A DNA stretch of 41,268 nt, taken from sequence record PX216937.1; one strand, 5' to 3'. Below are positions 26,888-35,062 of this stretch, piece after piece; within the stretch, counting starts at the first letter, position 1, and each line of letters opens with the position of its first letter. The notes under the pieces were generated by a model that saw only the letters and a list, made by a program, of their open reading frames with translations, ran no database searches and was not told the origin of the DNA. The DNA comes from a phage. Both the position numbers and the translations under genes were made by a program.

Positions 26888-27286
26888 TTAACGATGGGTG
26901 TATCCCATATAGTCTTTCGCGTTGATTACCTTCAGGTTCTCAGCTTTGATTCCAACGTTGTTACTGGTCACTAAGGTTCCATTAGGAGCAATGCGGGACA
27001 CTCGTGAGCACCAGCAGATGTTGCCAGCGACCGTGCGCACGTACCACAGAGAGGATGTCTCAGTTGATGCGCAGAAGTCACCTGCCTTAATGTGGGTCAT
27101 GGTGTCCTTATCGAACAGCTTGGTGTTTGCCTTGGCAGGTTTCACCCATTGACCACGAGAGCGAGTCCACCCTAAGTTCTTCAGGATGTGTATCGCAGAG
27201 TCACGAGCACATTCATACTCTTTGACATCAGCCAGTTCAGCTTGCAGCTTAGAGATTTCAGCTTCGATTACATTACGATTACGCAT
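26888..27286 (-). CDS. 4.7: Hypothetical protein at the gene 4.7 position
   Basis: 132 aa (T7 gp4.7 is 135); its ATG directly follows the phi4.7-like promoter. Identity by synteny and size only. Confidence 0.6.
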   Translation of the reverse strand: MRNRNVIEAEISKLQAELADVKEYECARDSAIHILKNLGWTRSRGQWVKPAKANTKLFDKDTMTHIKAGDFCASTETSSLWYVRTVAGNICWCSRVSRIAPNGTLVTSNNVGIKAENLKVINAKDYMGYTHR

Positions 27287-27293
27287 AGTGTTG

Positions 27294-27316
27294 TTCTCCC
27301 ATTAGTGAGTTGAATA
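27294..27316 (-). promoter_or_regulatory. Phage RNAP promoter (phi4.7-like), TATTCAACTCACTAATGGGAGAA
   Basis: Class-II-like variant of the promoter consensus immediately upstream of the 4.7-position ORF. Confidence 0.7.
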
Positions 27317-27319
27317 GAT

Positions 27320-27378
27320 TTCATACAAAAGTTAATCACGAAGGCCACCCGGAGATGACCTTTAGTTTAACTCTTTTA
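27320..27378 (-). promoter_or_regulatory. RNase III-type processing hairpin (R4.7-like)
   Basis: aaagttaatcacgaaggccacccggagatgacctttagtttaactc is one of a family of related imperfect hairpins (also 33741..33810, 34270..34400, 39787..39840, 40210..40265), placed between genes as T7 R-sites are. Confidence 0.5.
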
Positions 27379-27678
27379 GATTCCAGACTTCGCAGACAGC
27401 ACCATGCCCTCTTCGCCAGCCACTTTGGACAGCAGGAGTTCACGAGTCTTGTCTTCACCTACAGCCACAGTAGCAGCTACAGCAACGGAAGCCAGCAGAC
27501 GACCTGCCTGTGTGTCATCCAAAGTTACACGCTGTGTGTGCGCCTTGGTGGACTTATGGTCTTTCCAACGGTAGACCAGAGTGACCTTGCCATTACGGAC
27601 GTTGATGTGCACTCGACGAGCATACTGGTCGATGGTGTCGGACAGACGGATCGTGTTGCCGGGGAATTTAATAGCCAT
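27376..27678 (-). CDS. 4.5: Hypothetical protein at the gene 4.5 position
   Basis: 100-aa ORF between 4.3 and the R4.7-like hairpin; synteny only. Confidence 0.55.
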   Translation of the reverse strand: MAIKFPGNTIRLSDTIDQYARRVHINVRNGKVTLVYRWKDHKSTKAHTQRVTLDDTQAGRLLASVAVAATVAVGEDKTRELLLSKVAGEEGMVLSAKSGI

Positions 27679-27691
27679 AATGTGTCACTCC

Positions 27692-27904
27692 TTACAGGAA
27701 GAATTTGTTGAGGTCGGTTGCTTTAGCTGCAATCTTAGCAGCAGACGTTACGCCAGCACTTGCATCTTCAGACAGCAGACGGGCCTGTTTAGCCAAGCGT
27801 TGAGCCTGTTCAGCGTCCTTACGTGCCTTGTCGTTCAGACGTTTAGCTTCACGGAAGTACATTTTGACTACCAGCTTACCAAGAGTATTGATAAATTTAA
27901 ACAT
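27692..27904 (-). CDS. 4.3: gp4.3-like small protein (70 aa from the internal Met MFKFINTLGKLVVKMYFREAKRLNDKARKDAEQ...)
   Basis: Internal Met has AAGGAG 7 nt upstream and lies downstream of the phi4.3 promoter; the track's upstream extension overlaps the promoter and the gene 4 end. Confidence 0.65.
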   Translation of the reverse strand: MFKFINTLGKLVVKMYFREAKRLNDKARKDAEQAQRLAKQARLLSEDASAGVTSAAKIAAKATDLNKFFL

Positions 27905-27945
27905 TGTGAGTCTCCTTAAGCGGATTGATAAGTGGGAACAGAGTG

Positions 27946-27968
27946 TCTGTCCCATTAGTGAGTTGTAC
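27946..27968 (-). promoter_or_regulatory. Phage RNAP promoter (phi4.3-like), AGTACAACTCACTAATGGGACAG
   Basis: Promoter-like 23-mer between the gene 4 stop and the gene 4.3 start. Confidence 0.7.
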
Positions 27969-27975
27969 TGATTGC

Positions 27976-29785
<1,810 letters not shown>

Positions 29786-29835
29786 AGTGGTTACTCCTTA
29801 TACAATTTTAGCGAACAAAGGGAGAAACCTTTCGG

Positions 29836-29858
29836 TCCTCCCATAGTGAGTTCTATTA
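29836..29858 (-). promoter_or_regulatory. Phage RNAP promoter (phi3.8-like), TAATAGAACTCACTATGGGAGGA
   Basis: Reverse-complement promoter-like match just downstream of gene 3.5. Confidence 0.7.
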
Positions 29859-30311
29859 ACCCCAATCGCTTGTGACCAGTTCTCCAGTCTTCAGCCAGCG
29901 GCTCAAGTTGAAGGACGGACAGGCTTTAGGTGCCACGTCATGGTGGGCCATCAGCTTAGCACCGGGATACTTAGCGAGCAGGGTCTGCAAGAGACCACGG
30001 AGTTCGAACATCTGTGCTGGCGTAAAGTTAGCTTTGAACTTACCCTTATCGTCAATGCCACCTACGAGGCACACACCGACTGACTTACTATTCCAGTCCT
30101 TAACGTGAGACCCTACGACATCGACCGGACGGCCTTCTTCGATTGTCCCATCACGGCGAATAATGAAGTGGTAGCCTACATCAAGCCAGCCTTGTTCTTT
30201 ATGCCACTGACGGATTTCACGCAGCCCAATATTCATGGACGCTTTGGTTGCGCTACAGTGGACAAAGATTGCTTCTGTCACAGCGCGTGGTTTGAATTGT
30301 ACCTTACTCAT
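29856..30311 (-). CDS. 3.5: Lysozyme / N-acetylmuramoyl-L-alanine amidase (gp3.5; RNAP inhibitor in T7)
   Basis: 151 aa; AIFVHCSATK, REIRQWHKEQGWLDVGYHFII, GVCLVGGIDDKGKF.ANFTPAQM and APKACPSF match recalled T7 lysozyme. Confidence 0.95.
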   Translation of the reverse strand: MSKVQFKPRAVTEAIFVHCSATKASMNIGLREIRQWHKEQGWLDVGYHFIIRRDGTIEEGRPVDVVGSHVKDWNSKSVGVCLVGGIDDKGKFKANFTPAQMFELRGLLQTLLAKYPGAKLMAHHDVAPKACPSFNLSRWLKTGELVTSDWG

Positions 30312-30754
30312 TTCTTCTTCACCTCTTTAAATTTATCGAATGGAACATCCTTAGAAGGCTCTTTCAGCCAATCAACTGGAATTAACTTGTCAGCAAACAG
30401 AATGCCATGCTTCTCGCACCACTCACCGTAACTGGTCGGAGACCCTTTGTACAGCTTGGAGCGGCTTGAAGAGAACACGATGCGTACATCAAGTTCAGGG
30501 TACTGTTCACGAATCAGCAAGTGTTTCTTGCGGTCCTCACTGTCCCACAGACCTTTGGTTTCCACAAAGATGCCATTAGGTAACAGGAAGTCCGGGCAAT
30601 AGGTATGGTTGCTTGCAGGAATAACATAGGGTACTCGCCAACGCTCATAGTCGAACTTAATGTTCTTTGACTCAAGCTGTTTGCTTACCTTGTCCTCCAA
30701 GCCAGAGCGAAAGGCACCCACACGAGTGCCCCGACCTGCATATCCCTTAGCCAT
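30308..30754 (-). CDS. 3: Endonuclease I (Holliday-junction resolvase, gp3)
   Basis: 148 aa; VGAFRSGLEDKVSKQLESK, VPYVIPASNHTY.PDFLLPNGIFVETKGLW and HLLIREQ.PELD.RIVFSSSR match recalled T7 gp3. Confidence 0.95.
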   Translation of the reverse strand: MAKGYAGRGTRVGAFRSGLEDKVSKQLESKNIKFDYERWRVPYVIPASNHTYCPDFLLPNGIFVETKGLWDSEDRKKHLLIREQYPELDVRIVFSSSRSKLYKGSPTSYGEWCEKHGILFADKLIPVDWLKEPSKDVPFDKFKEVKKK

Positions 30755-31452
30755 TAGAAGTCGCCATCTTCATCTTCATCGTCTTCCGGTTCTTCGTTCC
30801 AACCAGAATCATTTTGGGGACGTTGACGGGCCTGGCTCTCATCAGCTTCGTAGCCATCTTCTTCGATTTCATCACCCCAATCGTCATCACCACCACCGAA
30901 CTCGACCAGCTTAATCAGCATCACGGAATCCAGTTGCAGCTTAACGGATGCACCTGCCACAGCAGACCAACCATAAGGGAACAGGGTGTATTTAATCTTC
31001 AGTTCAGAGCCACCTGAGATAGCCGGACGCTCACCACGAATGCGCTTACCTTTGGAGTCCACAATAGCCAAGTCGATTGGTTTGTTCTCACCAGTCTTCT
31101 TGTCAGTGAACGAGCCGTAGCACTTGAAGTTGAACGTAGTGGTTCCATCTTCGTTATCCATGAAAGGCATGTCGCCAACGTATGGCTTCAGCGGTTTCTT
31201 ACCCTTGACAACTTTCGGCGGGTTCGCTTCGTACTCTTCGAGACGTGCAGCGTAGTCCGTTTCGTGGGCTTCGACAATCTCGTCAATCATTTTCTGACAG
31301 CGAGGGTCGTCGTTGGATACAGTCAGTGACACTTTGTAGACACCACGTTCGTTCTTGAAGTCACCACTACCGAAGTCTGGTTTAGCCAGATAGCAGTAAG
31401 GTTCAGCAACACCACGAGCGGAAGTGAATACTTTACGTTTTGCGAATGCCAT
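30754..31452 (-). CDS. 2.5: Single-stranded DNA-binding protein (gp2.5)
   Basis: 232 aa, the same length as T7 gp2.5; FTSA.G.AEPY.Y.AKPD, RGVYKV, KDPRCQ.M.DEIV and EEYEANPP motifs; acidic C-terminus ending DEDGDF. Confidence 0.95.
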   Translation of the reverse strand: MAFAKRKVFTSARGVAEPYCYLAKPDFGSGDFKNERGVYKVSLTVSNDDPRCQKMIDEIVEAHETDYAARLEEYEANPPKVVKGKKPLKPYVGDMPFMDNEDGTTTFNFKCYGSFTDKKTGENKPIDLAIVDSKGKRIRGERPAISGGSELKIKYTLFPYGWSAVAGASVKLQLDSVMLIKLVEFGGGDDDWGDEIEEDGYEADESQARQRPQNDSGWNEEPEDDEDEDGDF

Positions 31453-31499
31453 AATGTTTCTCCTTTAGTTTCTGAAAGTTAAAAGTGGGAAACGTTGTG

Positions 31500-31522
31500 T
31501 CTCCCAATAGTGAGTCCTATTA
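31500..31522 (-). promoter_or_regulatory. Phage RNAP promoter (phi2.5-like), TAATAGGACTCACTATTGGGAGA
   Basis: Reverse-complement promoter match between gene 2 and gene 2.5. Confidence 0.8.
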
Positions 31523-31711
31523 AACCTTACGGTCTGGACGGATGCGTGTCACTGCGAAGCCAGCCGGGACATATTGCCACTCAGCTAACTCGTTGGCCTC
31601 TTCAAGAGACACAGCGAACACAGGTACTTCGAACGATTGGCCTTGGCCTTCTACCGTTGCGAAGAACTTCTTGTCACCGTTGACCAGTGACCCTTTGTTT
31701 AAATTGCTCAT
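31520..31711 (-). CDS. 2: Inhibitor of host RNA polymerase (gp2)
   Basis: Internal start [59 protein letters not shown]; close to recalled T7 gp2 ([11 protein letters not shown] identical). Confidence 0.9.
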   Translation of the reverse strand: MSNLNKGSLVNGDKKFFATVEGQGQSFEVPVFAVSLEEANELAEWQYVPAGFAVTRIRPDRKV

Positions 31712-31886
31712 TGTCCTCTCTCCTTCCACTGATTATATAACTCTAAGTAGTCGGTGTTGCCTGTCTTTTCAAACATACGCTCACACCATTCACTTGGTTT
31801 TACCATATTCCACCTCGATAGCCCGATACATTAAACGAAGCAATGCACCTACTCCAGCACAAATTAATCCGAAGTATAGAATGTCA

Positions 31887-32231
31887 TTAAGCATAGCACT
31901 TGTCCTTATGTTTCTCGTAAAGTTCACCATAGAACCCAGCTTTCGACATGTCCTTCTCTAAGAATGCCAGTTCGGATTTCTTACCAGCACGGAGGCGGTA
32001 CTTAAGGATGTTCCCTAAGCAGTACCCTTTGAACTGTTCGCGGGTCATCGACCGGGCAATCACTTCGATAGCCTCAATGTCATCAAACAACATATAGTGG
32101 CTCGGAGTCCGAACACCCTCTATATCTTGTGGTTTGTTAACTATTGGCTTACCAACATGCGGATAGCGGTCGTCACCATTACATGCTTCACAGTACGTGG
32201 TGCTATCACATCTTCCTGTGTTACGTGACAT
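31887..32231 (-). CDS. 1.7: gp1.7-like protein (nucleotide kinase family in T7), short form
   Basis: 114 aa; the C-terminal about 70 aa (IEGVRTPSHYMLFDDIEAIEVIARSMTREQFKGYC.GNILKYRLRAGKKSELA.LEKD...KHKDKCYA) matches recalled T7 gp1.7, and the N-terminal C..C..DDRYPH motif is kept; T7 gp1.7 is 196 aa. Confidence 0.85.
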   Translation of the reverse strand: MSRNTGRCDSTTYCEACNGDDRYPHVGKPIVNKPQDIEGVRTPSHYMLFDDIEAIEVIARSMTREQFKGYCLGNILKYRLRAGKKSELAFLEKDMSKAGFYGELYEKHKDKCYA

Positions 32232-32494
32232 TAGAACACCTCCTTGATACGTGCAATGACCAGACGGACTTTAGGGAAACGGGTGACGAGAACCGGAATG
32301 AAAGGCCGGGAGCCAGTGGTCGCTTCTTTATATAATCCAGTCGTAATCACAGCGTGAACACGGGGTGCTAACTCAATGGTCGAACCAAGCACTTTAGGGA
32401 TGACTGCGTGTTTCTCAGAGGCAAGAACCGTCGAGCGGTCAGCACCACGAGCCGAAAAGATACCATTAGATTTATTGAAGTGAAGTCTTAACAT
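32231..32494 (-). CDS. Hypothetical early protein (gene 1.6 position)
   Basis: 87 aa from the Met preceded by GGAGGA, immediately downstream of the phi1.6-like promoter; synteny only. Confidence 0.55.
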   Translation of the reverse strand: MLRLHFNKSNGIFSARGADRSTVLASEKHAVIPKVLGSTIELAPRVHAVITTGLYKEATTGSRPFIPVLVTRFPKVRLVIARIKEVF

Positions 32495-32500
32495 TTGTGT

Positions 32501-32523
32501 GTCCTCCATATGTGAGTCGTATT
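32501..32523 (-). promoter_or_regulatory. Phage RNAP promoter variant (phi1.6-like), TAATACGACTCACATATGGAGGA
   Basis: Promoter-like 23-mer with deviations around -4..-1. Confidence 0.6.
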
Positions 32524-32602
32524 AGCAATCAGGCCAGCAGTTGTCGTCAATGATAACGAGGGCAAACGTGGCAACAATGATAGCAACAATTAGAAATAGC
32601 AT
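32522..32602 (-). CDS. Possible small hydrophobic peptide (26 aa, MLFLIVAIIVATFALVIIDDNCWPDC)
   Basis: ATG preceded by GGAGGAA directly downstream of the phi1.5-like promoter. It is the in-frame 3' part of track ORF 32522..32836, whose upstream part overlaps the ligase gene and is rejected. Confidence 0.35.
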   Translation of the reverse strand: MLFLIVAIIVATFALVIIDDNCWPDC

Positions 32603-32623
32603 GAGGTCGTTCCTCCATAGTGA
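32601..32623 (-). promoter_or_regulatory. Phage RNAP promoter variant (phi1.5-like), TCTATTAGACTCACTATGGAGGA
   Basis: Promoter-like 23-mer immediately downstream of the TE-like hairpin. Confidence 0.55.
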
Positions 32624-32626
32624 GTC

Positions 32627-32658
32627 TAATAGAAACGCGAAAAGGCCAGCCCCTGTTA
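32627..32658 (-). terminator. TE-like early intrinsic terminator downstream of the ligase gene
   Basis: Minus-strand GGUCAGUCC-UUAACA-GGGGCUGGCC hairpin (with G-U pairs) followed by UUUUCGCGUUUCU; T7 places TE after gene 1.3. Confidence 0.55.
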
Positions 32659-32678
32659 AGGACTGACCGTTTGTTGGT

Positions 32679-33719
32679 TTACATCTTGACCGTTGGGTCT
32701 GACTCGACACCACGGAACATAACGAACGATGGGTGACGCAGAGAACCGTCTGGAGTTTCCTCCATGTAGGCAACCTGACAGGCGTGTCCATCGTAGAACT
32801 TCTCGCCCTCAATGTTAACCGTATTGGTGAACTCATCCATCAACGCTTGGCTGATATTGTTAGCTGAGACTACGCGACCGGACTCCAAGAGAACCTCGAA
32901 GCCAATCACTTTACCTTCATTAGCCAGACCCGGAGTACCCCAATTGAGTCCAACGATGACACCATCAGCTTCACATTCAGGCTTCATCTTCCAGTAGCCA
33001 GACTTCTTGCCACGCATGTAGAAGCCCAGTGGGTCTTTGACTACCAGACCTTCATGGCCATCGGCACGGGCTTTCTCATAGAGGGCATTCAGTTCTACCA
33101 TATCGTACACTTCGTAGCTCTCAGAGATGTCCCATTCGATTTCAGGGAAGTGCTCACGAAGAACAGGAAGCATAGCCTTAACGTGCTCACGCATCAGTAG
33201 GTTCATCACTTCGTAGGTCTCACCGGAGACCATAGAGTCAAACGGCATGACACCATAGAGAACAACCTTTAGTTTCTCAGGTGATAGCATGAATGGGTGA
33301 TTCTTACGGATTTTACCGTACATATCTACAGCTTCCACAAAGTTCTCGTCTGTGTTGAACTCAAGGTTCTTATCCTTAACCCACTTGGTCCTCAGTAAGC
33401 CAGACCCCGTGTTAAAGTCCACGCCTTTGACCATCAGTTCACCATCAAGCATGAAGCCATCAGGGAAGATACAGCGGTCATCCTTCAGGAGCATCTCCCA
33501 GCGCTTGTCGTACCCGTTGAGATGTGACAGAGAGGGAATCTCTTTAGATACGCGAGAGAGCCACAGTGAGTCAGCAGTGTTGTCAACTACAATGTTACCA
33601 CGAACGCCATCATATTTAATGTCAGCAATCAGGTAGCCAGCTTTGTCGAGGGCTTTATTAACGGCAGACTCAACGAATGATACAGCTTTGTGTGGGTTAG
33701 TCTTAAATGTGATTTCCAT
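32679..33719 (-). CDS. 1.3: ATP-dependent DNA ligase (gp1.3)
   Basis: 346 aa; KTNP.KAVSFVESA, active-site AEIKYDGVRGNI-type motif (ADIKYDGVRGNI), GFMLDGELMVKGVDFNTGSGLLRTKW, EGKVIGFEVLLESGR and ETPDGSLRHPSFVMFRG match recalled T7 ligase. Confidence 0.97.
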   Translation of the reverse strand: MEITFKTNPHKAVSFVESAVNKALDKAGYLIADIKYDGVRGNIVVDNTADSLWLSRVSKEIPSLSHLNGYDKRWEMLLKDDRCIFPDGFMLDGELMVKGVDFNTGSGLLRTKWVKDKNLEFNTDENFVEAVDMYGKIRKNHPFMLSPEKLKVVLYGVMPFDSMVSGETYEVMNLLMREHVKAMLPVLREHFPEIEWDISESYEVYDMVELNALYEKARADGHEGLVVKDPLGFYMRGKKSGYWKMKPECEADGVIVGLNWGTPGLANEGKVIGFEVLLESGRVVSANNISQALMDEFTNTVNIEGEKFYDGHACQVAYMEETPDGSLRHPSFVMFRGVESDPTVKM

Positions 33720-33740
33720 GATGGAACTCCTATGTATGTG

Positions 33741-33810
33741 TTATTGGTTAATGTTTAAGCAAAAGTTAATCACAAAGGCAACCCGTGAAGATGACCTTTA
33801 GTTTAACTCT
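33741..33810 (-). promoter_or_regulatory. RNase III-type processing hairpin (R1.3-like)
   Basis: aaagttaatcacaaaggcaacccgtgaagatgacctttagtttaactc, a paralogue of the 27320..27378 element. Confidence 0.5.
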
Positions 33811-33833
33811 TTCGCAATAGTGAGTCGTATTAC
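33811..33833 (-). promoter_or_regulatory. Phage RNAP promoter (phi1.3-like), TAATACGACTCACTATTGCGAAA
   Basis: Reverse-complement promoter match overlapping the gene 1.2 stop codon. Confidence 0.7.
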
Positions 33834-34102
33834 TTCCAGTGCTTCATATCACTGTGAACCTTGCGGAGCCATTCAGTCTGTGCATTACAGCGAACGTCTT
33901 CGTCTGACTGTTCGAAACACTTAGCGGTCAGCATTAAGCCGTTCCGTAAGACCACTCGAAGTGTCTCTCCGGCGACCATCCGTCGCTGTGCGAAGTCCTC
34001 ATAGCGATAAGTCTCAACGACCACATTTGCATCATGGTCTTCTTTAAGTCGTTCGATAGCGTCTTTGTATGCTATTAAGTTACCACTGTATAAGCGACCC
34101 AT
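33830..34102 (-). CDS. 1.2: gp1.2 (dGTPase inhibitor in T7)
   Basis: 90 aa, begins MGRLYSGNL and ends HWK; recalled T7 gp1.2 begins MGRLYSGNL and ends DWK. Confidence 0.85.
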   Translation of the reverse strand: MGRLYSGNLIAYKDAIERLKEDHDANVVVETYRYEDFAQRRMVAGETLRVVLRNGLMLTAKCFEQSDEDVRCNAQTEWLRKVHSDMKHWK

Positions 34103-34251
34103 TAGAGTGCCTCCTTCCAGTTGCGTTTCTCAGAGTTGCCACGTTGTGTCTTGTGGCGTTTCTTCATGCGGTCTTTACGTTCCTGCCATTCAGCACCATG
34201 TTCATTGATTACGTTGTTGCGCTTAGTGGTCGGTTCAAAGTTGGTACGCAT
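34102..34251 (-). CDS. 1.1: gp1.1-like small basic protein (49 aa, MRTNFEPTTKRNNVINEHGAEWQERKDRMKKRHKTQRGNSEKRNWKEAL)
   Basis: Found by translation (under 60 aa, not in the track); stop overlaps the gene 1.2 ATG (TAATG); basic composition and position resemble T7 gp1.1. Confidence 0.55.
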   Translation of the reverse strand: MRTNFEPTTKRNNVINEHGAEWQERKDRMKKRHKTQRGNSEKRNWKEAL

Positions 34252-34269
34252 AATATTGTTTCCTTCTGT

Positions 34270-34400
34270 GTAGTTAGTGGCAGTTAATCATGAAGGCCAC
34301 CACATCCATCCTTTCCGGTTCGACGGTGTGATTTTCCTACGTCCTACTCACTGGTTTGACAGCTATTCGGTAACGGGAGGTGATGACCTTGAGTTTAACT
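34270..34400 (-). promoter_or_regulatory. Extended RNase III-type hairpin region (R1.1-like)
   Basis: Starts and ends with the same arms as the 27320/33741 elements (ttaatcatgaaggccacc ... gatgaccttgagtttaac) but has about 70 extra bp inside. Confidence 0.45.
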
Positions 34401-34407
34401 TTCAGTG

Positions 34408-34430
34408 TTTCCCATTAGTGAGTCGTATTG
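34408..34430 (-). promoter_or_regulatory. Phage RNAP promoter (phi1.1B-like), CAATACGACTCACTAATGGGAAA
   Basis: Promoter match; the stop codon and last five codons (DNTTH) of the upstream ORF are encoded within it. Confidence 0.7.
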
Positions 34431-34972
34431 TCTGCAACCTTACGTGCAATCTCAATGCGACCAGCTACGTCTTTCTTATAATAGGTGAACTCTTTGCGCT
34501 CACCATCAGTGCACGTCTGTGTCAGCAGGTAGCGGTCCGATTGTTCTTTCCAGTGCAAACATGTAACCTCTTTGCCGCAAGACCCTATGCCTAGCTTGAA
34601 CTCAGTGCGCTTCCATCCAGCATCCGGGATGTGAGCAGTAAACTTGATAGACGTGATGTCACTGTGAGTGTACTCACGGATGGTACTCTTTGCCTCTTTA
34701 AGTTCCTTGCGGTACTCCACTGCCTCAGCGCGTAGACGCTCAATGAGTTCTCGTTGGTTCGACATGTCATATTGTTGTTCGAACTCTAAGGTACGGATTC
34801 GACCAGCCAGTTCCTGCTTCTCTCGCCATCCGTCTTCAAGTCTCTCTTTGAGTGCGTGAGAGTTCTTCTCTTCTTTGATTAGCTTGGTGAGAAATACCTT
34901 TGAGCGATTGTAGTATGTTGCTGCAAGAATGGTTGCCACGAGAGCGCCTACTGAAGTGATGAAAGTAAACAT
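34415..34972 (-). CDS. Hypothetical membrane-anchored protein with coiled-coil and Cys-rich C-terminal region (gene 1.05 position, between phi1.1A and phi1.1B)
   Basis: 185 aa from the Met preceded by AAGAGGAAA: N-terminal hydrophobic helix (FTFITSVGALVATILAATYY), charged heptad-like middle, C-terminal C-x6-C-x2-H...C-x3-E. No T7 counterpart that I recognise. Confidence 0.6.
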   Translation of the reverse strand: MFTFITSVGALVATILAATYYNRSKVFLTKLIKEEKNSHALKERLEDGWREKQELAGRIRTLEFEQQYDMSNQRELIERLRAEAVEYRKELKEAKSTIREYTHSDITSIKFTAHIPDAGWKRTEFKLGIGSCGKEVTCLHWKEQSDRYLLTQTCTDGERKEFTYYKKDVAGRIEIARKVADNTTH

Positions 34973-35032
34973 GATTATGTTTCCTCTTAAAGTTAAACTT
35001 AAAGTTATCTTAAAGTAGGGAAACCCCAAGGG

Positions 35033-35055
35033 TCTCCCAATAGTGAGTCGTATTA
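35033..35055 (-). promoter_or_regulatory. Phage RNAP promoter (phi1.1A-like), TAATACGACTCACTATTGGGAGA
   Basis: Consensus match 8 bp downstream of the gene 1 stop. Confidence 0.85.
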
Positions 35056-35062
35056 GATTCCG

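Noticed and set aside
32603-32836. Upstream part of the 104-aa ORF 32522..32836, overlapping the ligase 3' end, the TE-like terminator and a promoter
   Set aside because: Most of it overlaps gene 1.3 in another frame and spans regulatory elements. Only the last 26 codons, downstream of the phi1.5-like promoter and with its own RBS, are plausible (listed as a low-confidence feature).
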